Of a stretch of DNA of 64,000 bases, positions 29,864 through 39,074 are shown piece by piece. The notes below the pieces were generated by a model. The model saw only the letters and a list, made by a program, of their open reading frames with translations, did not search any database and was not told the origin of the DNA. The stretch covers positions 1-64,000 of the forward strand of contig JBCCHT010000006.1 of the NCBI GenBank assembly GCA_039028615.1, written 5' to 3'. Made by a program: the position numbers and the translations under genes. This stretch comes from Myxococcota bacterium. GTDB taxonomy: Bacteria; Myxococcota_A; Polyangia; Nannocystales; Nannocystaceae. How positions within the stretch are numbered: the first letter of the stretch is position 1; each line of letters opens with the position of its first letter.

Positions 29864-31327
29864 TCAGGGGTCGTGGGTCAGGCGCTCGACCAGGCTCGCG
29901 GTGGCTTCGCTGAGCTCGACCCGCCGCTGGGGCTGCGGGATGGTCATGGCGCGGGACAGATCGAGCACGTTGCAGATGCGCAGCTGCTCGATGGCATCGG
30001 GATTGTTGGACAGGCACACGTAGTCCTCGGGCACGCGCTCGCCGGCTTGGCCGATGATGCCCAGCGGGCCGTCGCCCCGAAGGCGACGCCACACCACGGG
30101 ACGCCCGGGCACGCTCCGCTTGCCGCGGCCCGCCGCGTCGCCGAACTTCATACAGGGCTCGCCCACCGTCTCGCTCAGCTTGTACACGGCGCTGACCCGA
30201 TCCCGAGACAGCGGATTGCTCATGGGCTTGGCCACGATGAAGCCGCCGTAGCCGTAGTGCTGGGACTGCGCGGAAAGCCCGGTGAACTCGCGGAGGCGCT
30301 CGAAGTGGAGGGTGGCCTCGTCGTCGAGGCCGTCTTCGAGCACGTGCGCGGGGGCGAGGCCTTGCTCGCGCAGCAGCTCGCAGGCGTGCAGATACTGGAT
30401 GAACTTGTTGCCGGAGTCGTAGCGGATCGAGCACGCGTGCTCTTGCTCGCGCATGACCTGCGTCGCCGCCCGAATGCCCTCGCCCATGGTGTCGAAAGTG
30501 TCGAGCAGGTAGCTCGGGGCTGCGCTCCGCATGTCCCGCATGGCACGGAACGCGGGCAGGTCGGCGCGCCAGCGCTGCACGTGCTCGTGCCCCATTGTGC
30601 CTACCGGGGTCATGCCGAGCTCGCGCGCCAGCAGGACATTGCTGGTGCGCGTGATGCCCTCGGCCTTGCACGCCTCGAGCGCGATGCGGTGCTGCTCCAT
30701 GCACACCGCCGAGCGCATGCCGACCTCGAAGATCCGCGATGCGTCTCCGCCCACCGCCTCGACCAGCGCGCGGGCGCGGTCGCGAACGCCCTGACGATAG
30801 GCATCGTCCTCGCGGGTGATCTCGATCTTGCCCGTCATGCCCAGCGAATCGACGACCTTGGCGATGAGGGCCTCGTGCTCGGCACACGTGGCGGTGGTCA
30901 TCTCGGGGGTCAGGCCCGCCCCTTGCTTGAGCGCGGTGGCCAGCTGGATGGGGAAATTGAGCCACAACAGCGTGGGCTCGAGCCACGAGACGAGGAAGCT
31001 GGGACCGGTGACGGTGAGGATCGGCTCGCGCTCGAAGACCCACGATCCGGCCGGCACCGCCTCGATCTGGAGCGCTTCACCCTGCTCGAGCGCCGATTCC
31101 ATGGCCGCGCTGAGGCCATAGCCGTGCTCGCGAGCGAACGCGAGGTCCTCGGCGGTGGCCTGCAGGCCGGCCATCATCGAGCTGAGGATCTCGGCCAGAT
31201 CGAAGGGGATGTAGTGAAAGCCGCCGAACCGAAACGAAAAGTAGAACGTCTCGCGCCGCAGGGGGAAGCCCGCCTGGCCCATCGAGAACTTGTACGCATC
31301 GGTGGCCAGCACGCTCGTGTTCGTCAT
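29864..31327 (-). CDS. pncB: Nicotinate phosphoribosyltransferase
   Basis: LATDAYKFSM, TSNV, GTMGHE, LLDTFD, RYDSG, VYKL. Confidence 0.88.
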   Translation of the reverse strand: MTNTSVLATDAYKFSMGQAGFPLRRETFYFSFRFGGFHYIPFDLAEILSSMMAGLQATAEDLAFAREHGYGLSAAMESALEQGEALQIEAVPAGSWVFEREPILTVTGPSFLVSWLEPTLLWLNFPIQLATALKQGAGLTPEMTTATCAEHEALIAKVVDSLGMTGKIEITREDDAYRQGVRDRARALVEAVGGDASRIFEVGMRSAVCMEQHRIALEACKAEGITRTSNVLLARELGMTPVGTMGHEHVQRWRADLPAFRAMRDMRSAAPSYLLDTFDTMGEGIRAATQVMREQEHACSIRYDSGNKFIQYLHACELLREQGLAPAHVLEDGLDDEATLHFERLREFTGLSAQSQHYGYGGFIVAKPMSNPLSRDRVSAVYKLSETVGEPCMKFGDAAGRGKRSVPGRPVVWRRLRGDGPLGIIGQAGERVPEDYVCLSNNPDAIEQLRICNVLDLSRAMTIPQPQRRVELSEATASLVERLTHDP

Positions 31328-31358
31328 GGCGATGCTGGGCAGCCTAGCACCAGGACGT

Positions 31359-31400
31359 GAAAAGGCCCGGTCTCCGCGTGGGCGGGGGCCGGGCCTTTTC
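31359..31400. terminator. Bidirectional intrinsic terminator
   Basis: GAAAAGGCCCGGTCTCCGC-GTGG-GCGGGGGCCGGGCCTTTTC, with A and T runs forming the stem base. Confidence 0.8.
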
Positions 31401-31434
31401 GTTCACGTCGGCCTGCGGCCGACGGGTTCAGCGT

Positions 31435-32397
31435 TTAGTTCTGCGGAAGGATGCAGACGCCGATGTCCTCTTCTCCCGGAGGGGCCGTGCCCTCGTCGTG
31501 CCACGGGGTGCACTCGGTCATGTCCGGCATGCAGTTCTCGGTGGCGTTGGGATCGGTGATGTCGCAGTACGCGGCACAGCAACCGATGGAGCCCACGCAG
31601 CCCGGGACCACGTCGGCCGCGGCACACCAGCCGCCCGGATCGCAGACGTTGATGAACTCGCAGGGATCACCGATGGCGCCCAGGTCGGGGCCGGAGGCGT
31701 CGGGCGAGCAGATGAAGCCGTTCTCCTCGGGGTAGCAAGCCTGGCCCTCGGCGCAGTCCTGCAGGAGGGGATCGCACAGCGGGAGGCAGAGAATGAGGAC
31801 ACCGTCGTTGGTGATCGAGCAGGCCTCGTCGGGGTCGGAGCACAGGGGCGCTTCGGGGCTGCCCTCGCAGAACCCGACGCAGGTGCCCATGTTGGTCTCG
31901 CCGTCGACGTCCCAGCACATGGAGGCCAGGTCGCAGCTGTCGATGCCGCTGACGCCACTGCCCTCGACCGTGCAGGTATCGCCGGGCTGACCGGGGTTGT
32001 CCTCGATGGGCGAGCAGCGGGTCGCGTTCCAGCTGCTGCCGCCGGAGTTGTCCCACGGCATGCACTTTTCGCCCTCGGGGCAGTCCTGCGCCCAGATGTC
32101 ACACTCGTTGTTGGGGCCGCCGCCATCGGGCTCCATGATGAAGTTGCTCGGACCGTCGTCCGAACCCTCATCGGCGCCGCCGCTGGTGCCCACCGGGGTA
32201 TCGTCGTTGCCACCGGTGTCTTCCGCCGTGCCGTTCATCGGCAGGGTGTCGTCACCGTTGGTTTCTTCGGCCGGAGTCGCGCCCCCATCCACGTTGCCGT
32301 CTTCGGCTCCCGCGTTGTCCTGGGTTCCGCAACCAATCGCCAAAAGCAATCCAAACGCGCCGGCCAGAGAGGCGCTAGCGCTGAGCACAGAGTTCAT
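31435..32397 (-). CDS. Cys-rich myxobacterial lipoprotein (CDIWAQDCPEGEKC family)
   Basis: Lipobox AIGC; acidic linker; repeated CDxxxQDCxEGxxC modules. Confidence 0.85.
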   Translation of the reverse strand: MNSVLSASASLAGAFGLLLAIGCGTQDNAGAEDGNVDGGATPAEETNGDDTLPMNGTAEDTGGNDDTPVGTSGGADEGSDDGPSNFIMEPDGGGPNNECDIWAQDCPEGEKCMPWDNSGGSSWNATRCSPIEDNPGQPGDTCTVEGSGVSGIDSCDLASMCWDVDGETNMGTCVGFCEGSPEAPLCSDPDEACSITNDGVLILCLPLCDPLLQDCAEGQACYPEENGFICSPDASGPDLGAIGDPCEFINVCDPGGWCAAADVVPGCVGSIGCCAAYCDITDPNATENCMPDMTECTPWHDEGTAPPGEEDIGVCILPQN

Positions 32398-32582
32398 CCG
32401 ACCACGTCGCATCCTGGGAGGATACACGAAACGAAGTCTTCCGAAACCTCCATTCCAAACACCTGAGCTAGGTACAACCCATAAATCTAATGTGCGACGA
32501 TGAGAGAATTGTAGGCAATCGTTGCACATTCGGCCCACGGGCTCGCCGGGATGTTCGGGGCCAAGGGTCGTCGAAATTGCCG

Positions 32583-33398
32583 TTAGCGTGCGGACAACGT
32601 GGTCTCGCGCTCGGTGGGCACGGCTCCGCCGAGACCGGCGTGCTCGATCCAGGGCCACGGTTCGGATCCGCCCCCCGAGATCCACGCGAGCTGGCTTCGA
32701 TATCGCGACAGCAATTGCAGCGCAGCCACGCCGTGGTCGGGATGACGATGGAGCGTCGACCGCAGCTGCAGCCCCTGGCCGGGGTGCTCGGCGGCGCATC
32801 GTGACGCGAGGGCTTCGAGGGCCTGCGCTCGTTCGTCGGCGCCGAACATGGCGGCCACGCCCCCCGCGTCGACCTGGGCCCCAAGCTCGGTCGGACGCGG
32901 CGGCGTGGACATGCGACCGCCCTCGAGCTCGAGCCGTCGCAGCTCGGCCCACGCGGGCACGAAGGCATAGGGACGATCGTCGTAGTAGCTCGCCGGGCGC
33001 TCGATGAGACGGGACGCGGCAAAGAGGGTGCGGTGATCGAGGTGCCCGCCGATCCCCAGCGGCCACCAACTCTCGCGGGGTTCGATGACTGCGAGGTATC
33101 GCCGCAAGGCATGGGCGATGCGTTCGACCTCGGTCGACTGAAGCCGCGGCTGCACGACCAGGGAGTGAAAACTCGGCACGAGCCCGCGCCGAACCGGAGC
33201 ATCGGCGAAGTCGAGGTGCATGCACTCCGCGCCCACCGAGGCCAGCGCCGCCCGGTCCTCGGCTCGTCGCTGCGGTTGGTCTGCACCGAACACGGTGATC
33301 ACCACCACCCGACGGCCCGCGGCTCGACACGCCACGATCCCGGCCGCGCAGGAGAACACGGCGTCATCGAGATGGGGTGAGACATAGACCCGCGTCAC
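32583..33398 (-). CDS. PIG-L/LmbE family N-deacetylase
   Basis: SPHLDDAVFSC, RRAED, GGHLDH, YYDDRPY; GTGA overlap with the upstream gene. Confidence 0.88.
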   Translation of the reverse strand: MTRVYVSPHLDDAVFSCAAGIVACRAAGRRVVVITVFGADQPQRRAEDRAALASVGAECMHLDFADAPVRRGLVPSFHSLVVQPRLQSTEVERIAHALRRYLAVIEPRESWWPLGIGGHLDHRTLFAASRLIERPASYYDDRPYAFVPAWAELRRLELEGGRMSTPPRPTELGAQVDAGGVAAMFGADERAQALEALASRCAAEHPGQGLQLRSTLHRHPDHGVAALQLLSRYRSQLAWISGGGSEPWPWIEHAGLGGAVPTERETTLSAR

Positions 33399-34144
33399 GA
33401 GCTCGGCTCCACGATGGCTGCACCCACGCCGAACCCGATGGTCAGCACCAGCGTGGGCGTGGGGCGAGGACCGAGCTGCACGAAGGCCGCGGTCGCGGCC
33501 AGTTCGGCGTCGTTGACCAATCGCAGGTGCTCGAGCTCGATGCCCATGCGCTCCGCCAGCTCGGCGCGCCAGGTCGGATCGGGGTCACGCCAGCAATAGG
33601 TGCAGACCGTCGGGGCTTGGTCCGAGCCCACCTCGCACGGCAGCGCCAGCAGCACCCGGCCCGAAGCCGCGTGGGTGCCCAGCGCTTCGGCAATGAAGTC
33701 GAGCGTCGTGCTCCGTGAAGTCTCGTCCCCGGCGGCGCGGGCCATGGGGGCGAGTCGTTCGTCCCGCTCCACTCGCCAGGCATGTCGGCCGTCGAAGAGC
33801 TTGAGCGAGGTCTGGCCAAGGTCGGCGCACAGGTCGACGGACGGTGACGCCGTCGTCCAACCCGCTCGTACCGCGGCGAAACTCGGGTCGTCCGCGACGT
33901 GCACCGTCAGGCCCAGCTCGGCCAACGACGCCTCGATCGCAGGCTCCACGCCTCCTCCCGCGAGCACGACGGTGTCGATGTCCCGCGCCAGCTCGACCGC
34001 GTGCGCCACGATGTCTCGCCCGAGCGCGCCCGTGCGCAGCCCTGCCACCACCGCGGCCAGCTGGCGGGCAAACGAAGGCCGCTGCCGGTAGTGCTGCAGA
34101 GGCCGGCCCTCGACGGGCATGTCCCACAGCTCCAGCGGAGTCAC
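33395..34144 (-). CDS. ROK-family sugar kinase-like protein, apparently circularly permuted
   Basis: DLGQTSLK, NDAELAA, LTIGFGVGAA; a VVLAGGGV motif precedes them; GTG start overlaps the GT2 stop. Confidence 0.7.
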   Translation of the reverse strand: MTPLELWDMPVEGRPLQHYRQRPSFARQLAAVVAGLRTGALGRDIVAHAVELARDIDTVVLAGGGVEPAIEASLAELGLTVHVADDPSFAAVRAGWTTASPSVDLCADLGQTSLKLFDGRHAWRVERDERLAPMARAAGDETSRSTTLDFIAEALGTHAASGRVLLALPCEVGSDQAPTVCTYCWRDPDPTWRAELAERMGIELEHLRLVNDAELAATAAFVQLGPRPTPTLVLTIGFGVGAAIVEPSS

Positions 34145-35103
34145 CGAGGGTGCACGGTCCACGGCGGCTCCTTCGTCTCTTCTACGACCGGCCATGGGTC
34201 ACAGGGTCGACGGCTGATGCGCTGATAGTAGTGCCGCTCGACGAAGTACAGGACCTTGCACAGCCGCAGCGCGAACTCGAAGACCTGCCACGCCATGCGC
34301 TCTCGGGCCGGAGCCGAAGCCAGCAAGTCGGGTCTTCGACGGCCGTGTCGGCGGTGGACCGCGCGGGTCTCGGGGAAGAGCCGATCGAGGCGCTCGAGCT
34401 CCATCCGCATGCGTCGGTAGTAGCGATACATCCCGACGAAGGTCTCGGGGGCCCGAAACCAGATCTGGCCGCGACTCGTCTCGACGATCGAGCCCAGGCC
34501 GTGGTCTCGCACGATCACTCGGCTGAGGTAGATGTCGTCGATGCGCATGCCCGCCGCGTAGTCGTAGAAGCGATCGTCGGGCAGCGCCTCTGCACGGGCC
34601 TTCATCTGTCGCACGCTGGGCATCTCGTAGCGACGAATCGCGAAGAGCTTGCCCGAAAACCATGTGCGCTGAGACGAGTGACCACGACGCAGGTTGTACA
34701 GATGAAGGGCGTGGGCCAGCACGGTGCGTCGGCGCGGTGGCACGGGCACCTTGGGCGGCATCGCGACCTGGAGGCTCGGATCGCGCAGCATCGCCTCGCA
34801 CAGGGCAGTCACCGTGTCGGGCTCCACACGGAGGTCGGCATCGGAGAACAGCACGAAGGGCCCGGGTCGAACGCCGCGCAGCTGGGCGGAGACCTTGCCG
34901 CCCGTGCTCGTCACCACCGGCCAGCCGCAGGAACGAGCGATACCCACGGTGTCGTCGCGGCAGTCGTCCGCCACGACCAGGCGGTCGAACGCGAGGCCCA
35001 GCTCCGCGGTCGCGTGCTCGCACGCCTGCGACAGCGACTCGAGGCACCGGGCCAGGGCTCGCGCCTCGTTCTTGGCCACCACGGTGATGGGGATGGTGGT
35101 CAC
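34141..35103 (-). CDS. GT2-family glycosyltransferase
   Basis: VVAKNEA, VVADDCRDDT, FSDAD (DXD), IDDIYLS. Confidence 0.85.
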   Translation of the reverse strand: MTTIPITVVAKNEARALARCLESLSQACEHATAELGLAFDRLVVADDCRDDTVGIARSCGWPVVTSTGGKVSAQLRGVRPGPFVLFSDADLRVEPDTVTALCEAMLRDPSLQVAMPPKVPVPPRRRTVLAHALHLYNLRRGHSSQRTWFSGKLFAIRRYEMPSVRQMKARAEALPDDRFYDYAAGMRIDDIYLSRVIVRDHGLGSIVETSRGQIWFRAPETFVGMYRYYRRMRMELERLDRLFPETRAVHRRHGRRRPDLLASAPARERMAWQVFEFALRLCKVLYFVERHYYQRISRRPCDPWPVVEETKEPPWTVHPR

Positions 35104-36278
35104 CTCATCGCCTCCTCGGCGAGGTCGGCCGCACCTCGGCTGCCGTCCTGGGCGCGGTAGCTGTCGGCGATGCGCTGCGATGCGTCGCGATGAGGGCCGG
35201 GTCCAGCGAGGCGCGCCAAGGCTTCACCGATGAGCTCGACCGACGCGGTCTCGAGGTCGATGCCCTGCCCTGCCCCGCAATGCTCGACCATGGCCAGGTT
35301 GTGGGGCTGATCGTTGCAGATCGGCGCGAGCAACAGCGGCACGCCTGCCGCCAACGACTCCATCACCGAGTTGGCGCCACCGTGGGTGACGATGACGTCC
35401 GCCTGCTCGAGCACCGCCAGCTGGTCGACATCCGCCTCGCAGCGAATCGTAGGCGGCAACCCGCGGGCTCGAAACTCGGCGTCCAGGTCACCCATGCTGG
35501 CGATCATCGCCAGGCCGCGCCGGGTGGCGGCGGCGATGATGCGTTCGAAACGCTCGGGCTGGTACCAGGCCTGGCTCCCGAAGCTCGCGTAGGCCAGCCG
35601 CCGTGAACCTCGGTCGGGAATCTCGGGCCGTACGCCCGTGCGGTCTCCGCCCCGCGAAGGCCCCACCAATCGAATCGTGGGATCGGCGGGTGCGGAGGCC
35701 ACCGCGGAGGTGGTGAACACCGCGGTGCCGTGGGGCGACAGCACGTCGCTGACCCGAAACCGTGCCTCGAGCCCATGTCGCTCGAACAACGCATGACGCA
35801 TGGGGTCGAGCGCCTCGAGCGTCTCGATCAACGTGCTGCGCGTCGTGTCCGGCACCACCGGGTTGAGCGAGGTCGACCACCCCACCCAGGGCACGCCCTC
35901 CCGCTCGGCTGCGATCGCGGCGGCGTAGACCATCGAGTCGATGGCCACCACGCCCGGCTTCACCCGGCGGATCATCTCCCGGAACGGCTCGACCAGCTCG
36001 GCTTGAGCGTCGATGAGCATGGCCCGAATCCACCCCGCCAGGGCGGCCGGATCGGTGAGCAACTCGGTCAGCGCCTTGCCCCGCAGCGCCGCGTCGGGGG
36101 GCGGAGCATCGGGCGGCAACGCGACCTGCTTCACCCCCGCCGCTCGTAGCTCCGACCGGATGTCCGCCGGCGTGCCCCATACGACCTCGAAGCCGCGGCG
36201 CTCCAGCTCCAGCGCAGGCCCGAGCAACGGGTGGTAGTGACCGCGCTCGGGGATGGTGAACACCATCGCGCGCTTCAT
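35100..36278 (-). CDS. GT1 (MGT/UGT-like) glycosyltransferase
   Basis: PERGHYHP, YASFGS, DQLAVL...THGGANSVMESL...DQ; ATGA overlap with asnB. Confidence 0.9.
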   Translation of the reverse strand: MKRAMVFTIPERGHYHPLLGPALELERRGFEVVWGTPADIRSELRAAGVKQVALPPDAPPPDAALRGKALTELLTDPAALAGWIRAMLIDAQAELVEPFREMIRRVKPGVVAIDSMVYAAAIAAEREGVPWVGWSTSLNPVVPDTTRSTLIETLEALDPMRHALFERHGLEARFRVSDVLSPHGTAVFTTSAVASAPADPTIRLVGPSRGGDRTGVRPEIPDRGSRRLAYASFGSQAWYQPERFERIIAAATRRGLAMIASMGDLDAEFRARGLPPTIRCEADVDQLAVLEQADVIVTHGGANSVMESLAAGVPLLLAPICNDQPHNLAMVEHCGAGQGIDLETASVELIGEALARLAGPGPHRDASQRIADSYRAQDGSRGAADLAEEAMR

Positions 36279-38023
36279 GGCGCCGCGACTCCGTAGGCCT
36301 CCGCCCACCGCTGGAGGCAGGCGACCCGGAACATCGCAGCCCGACGCGGCTCGTCGAGCGGTGCCGGCTCTCGAAGCCGCGAGAGATCGACCACCGCCTC
36401 CACGAGGGGATGAGGCGCCTGCGCCAGCTCGTGGATGAGCCCCTGGTAGATGCGACCGACGTCTTGGTCCTTGGGCAGGGCGGACTTGCGACGGACGCGA
36501 ATGGGCTCGGGTACCCATCCACGGACCGCCTCGCGCAGCACCGTCTTCTCGACTCCTTCGGCCAGGGCGCGCGTCGGCTCGATCGCCTGGGCACAGGCCA
36601 GCACCGCGTTGGCGGCAAAGGGCACGCGCGGCTCGACCCCGAAGGCCATGCAGTGCACGTCGCCGTTGTGCAACAGTCGAGGGAGCCACCGCTCCACCAC
36701 CAGCCGCGTGGTCGCGGCCACCCGCGAGGCAGGATCAGAGAAGCGCTCGCCCTGTCGTTCGAGTCGTTCACGGTAGCGACGGTCGAGCGTCTCCAGCGGG
36801 TCCGCGTCGACCTCGGGACGAATCGCCACGGCACCCAGCCGCTCGAGGATGTTCCTTGGGCGGCGAGTCGCGACGTCGTCGAGCAGGAAGTGATAGCCGT
36901 AGTGCGTCTCGTCGGCCGCGTCGCCGACCAAGATCCCTTTGAGACCGCGCTGGGCCGCGGCCTTCGCCAACGTGCGCTGCGACAGCTCTTGCTCCCAGGC
37001 GGGCAGAGCATCGTTGCTGCGCACCAGCCCTCGGAGCTCGGCGTCCATGGTGGTGCGCTCGAAGGGTACGAAGTACGCCTCGAGCTCGAGCTCCCGGGCG
37101 GCCATCCGGGCGAAGGGCGTGTCGTCGGAGACCACGATCGCCGAGTCGCGGCTCGTCCAGCGCTCCTGGCCGTCGAAGGCCACCGTCAGCGCCACCAGGT
37201 CGGGCACCTGCGCCCGCGCTCGGGCGGCGATGAGCGTGGAATCCAGGCCTCCGCTCAAAAAAACGCCCAAGGGAGCATCGGCGATGCACGCCGCCCCGAT
37301 GGCATCGTGCAGCGCCTCACCGAGCTCCGACGCGCCGACCGCGGGATCGGCCCCCGGAGACCACCGCCAATACGCCAGTTGCGTGATGCCGTCTCGGCTC
37401 ACCTGCAGCCGATGTCCCGGGGGCAGAATCTCGAGCCCCTCGAACATCGCCCGCTCCACCCCGCTGAACGCAGGTGCGACCAGATACTCCACGATGGCCT
37501 CGAGGTCGGCCCGCACCGCGCCCGTCCCCGGACCCAACAGAGCCTTGGCCTCGGACGCAAAGCTCAGACCATTGGGCGTGCGGCGAAAGACGAAGGGCTT
37601 GACCCCGAGGCGATCGCGAACACCATGGCCCTCGCCGCGCTGCGCGTCCCAGAGGAAGAACGAGAACATGCCGTCGAGGTGATGCGGCGTCTGGGTGCCC
37701 CAGCGGGCCCACGCCGCGAGCACCGTCTCCGCATCGCAGCGGCTCCGCCACGGACCGCCCAGCTGCGCCCGCAGCTCGGCGTCGTTGTACAGCTCTCCGT
37801 TGTAGATCAGGTGATAGCGACCATCGGGGCTCACCAGCGGCTGCTGTCCCCCGGACACGTCGACCATGGCCAGACGGGTGTGCGCCAGGGCAGCGTGCTC
37901 CACGAACACCGAGCCTTCACCGTCGGGGCCGCGATGACGCAGCTGAGCCTGCATCCACTCGAGCCCTGCGCGCGAAGCCTCGGAGGATCGATCGAAGTCG
38001 ATGATGCCCGCGATGCCGCACAT
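36275..38023 (-). CDS. asnB: Asparagine synthase (glutamine-hydrolysing)-like amidotransferase
   Basis: MCGIAG Ntn Cys, HRGPDG, YNGELYN, RDRLGVKP, LSGGLDS, GDAADE, EPRVPF. Confidence 0.9.
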   Translation of the reverse strand: MCGIAGIIDFDRSSEASRAGLEWMQAQLRHRGPDGEGSVFVEHAALAHTRLAMVDVSGGQQPLVSPDGRYHLIYNGELYNDAELRAQLGGPWRSRCDAETVLAAWARWGTQTPHHLDGMFSFFLWDAQRGEGHGVRDRLGVKPFVFRRTPNGLSFASEAKALLGPGTGAVRADLEAIVEYLVAPAFSGVERAMFEGLEILPPGHRLQVSRDGITQLAYWRWSPGADPAVGASELGEALHDAIGAACIADAPLGVFLSGGLDSTLIAARARAQVPDLVALTVAFDGQERWTSRDSAIVVSDDTPFARMAARELELEAYFVPFERTTMDAELRGLVRSNDALPAWEQELSQRTLAKAAAQRGLKGILVGDAADETHYGYHFLLDDVATRRPRNILERLGAVAIRPEVDADPLETLDRRYRERLERQGERFSDPASRVAATTRLVVERWLPRLLHNGDVHCMAFGVEPRVPFAANAVLACAQAIEPTRALAEGVEKTVLREAVRGWVPEPIRVRRKSALPKDQDVGRIYQGLIHELAQAPHPLVEAVVDLSRLREPAPLDEPRRAAMFRVACLQRWAEAYGVAAP

Positions 38024-39060
38024 CAGCCGCGACCCCGGAGCACGTCCATCAACATGTGCAGGGTGGACCACTGCACCCGTCGTCGAGTGGTATCCAGCGA
38101 CAGCGGCCGACCCAGCTCCCCCGCCAGCCCCTCCAGCTCGTGGCGCGGCAGGGGAAGCGCCGAGGCGTCGCAGGGAAGCATACGCGGGACCTTGGGGCCC
38201 GAGGTCAGCCACCGGGGTGCGCCCCGCTGCGCCAGATAGTCTCGCACCCACGCCTTGTCCGGGTCGGGACCGCGGTGGAGCCACGAGCCCAGGACCTGGT
38301 CGTCGAAGAACGGGGATCGAAGCCCGAGGCCTGCCGCATCGGTCAGCGCCGCCACGATCGGAATGTAATCATAGTCGGGTCGGCCTCGAAAGACGGCGTC
38401 GGCTCCGTCCCCCGTCACCACCACGTCGTGTCCACGGCGGGCGAGGTCTCGGGCCAGCAACCATCGCCCCACCGGGTGCAGGCCATAGAGCGGCGTCTCG
38501 ATGCATGTGATGACCGAGCCCAGCTGCTCCACCAGCTCGCGGGGGTTCACCGTCACGCGCGCGAGCGGGACCTCCAGCCAATCGCAGATCGACTGCGCGG
38601 CGTCGACCTCGTCGTAGCGGTCGATACCCGTCTCGAGGGTCACCACCGTGGGTGCAGTACCCAGCTGCCTCCGCCACGCGACCAAGACCGCCGCGGCATC
38701 GAGCCCGCCGCCCAGGGCGAGGACGGGCGAGCGCGAAGACTGGGCGATGGCCGCGACCGCGTGTTCGAAGCTCACCGAGGGCTCGACGGCTTCAGCCGCC
38801 GCAGGCCCGGGCACGGCGACGCGCTCGATCCCCTGCACCACCGTGCGACGGTGACCGGTCGGGGAGAGTCCCCACGCTTCGTCGACGCCTCTCGGGTCGA
38901 GCTGCGAGTCCGAGCCGGTCAGGGCCGACAACCGCGAAGCCCGGGCCCCATCGGCGACCCGCAGGTAGGACCAGCCGATCCCGTGCCAGGCCCGCGCGCC
39001 CTCGGGCTCGACCCGGCGAGCGAGTCGCGTTGCGCAGAGCCCCTGCCGTGATGCCGACAC
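38023..39060 (-). CDS. Asparagine-synthase C-terminal-domain protein (ATP-dependent amide ligase-like, no glutaminase domain)
   Basis: ALGGGLDA, TGDGADAVF, RSPFFD; GTG start inferred; TGATG coupling to asnB. Confidence 0.75.
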   Translation of the reverse strand: MSASRQGLCATRLARRVEPEGARAWHGIGWSYLRVADGARASRLSALTGSDSQLDPRGVDEAWGLSPTGHRRTVVQGIERVAVPGPAAAEAVEPSVSFEHAVAAIAQSSRSPVLALGGGLDAAAVLVAWRRQLGTAPTVVTLETGIDRYDEVDAAQSICDWLEVPLARVTVNPRELVEQLGSVITCIETPLYGLHPVGRWLLARDLARRGHDVVVTGDGADAVFRGRPDYDYIPIVAALTDAAGLGLRSPFFDDQVLGSWLHRGPDPDKAWVRDYLAQRGAPRWLTSGPKVPRMLPCDASALPLPRHELEGLAGELGRPLSLDTTRRRVQWSTLHMLMDVLRGRG

Positions 39061-39074
39061 GTTCGCGCGGCATT

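Noticed and set aside
29168..31327. NAD salvage pair as a phage or anti-defence NAD-reconstitution module
   Set aside because: Ordinary pncA-pncB with host-like codon usage and no phage or mobile genes around.
36275..39060. Lasso peptide cluster interpretation of the AsnB-like genes
   Set aside because: No B1/RRE, B2 protease or plausible precursor ORF nearby; one enzyme retains the glutaminase Cys.
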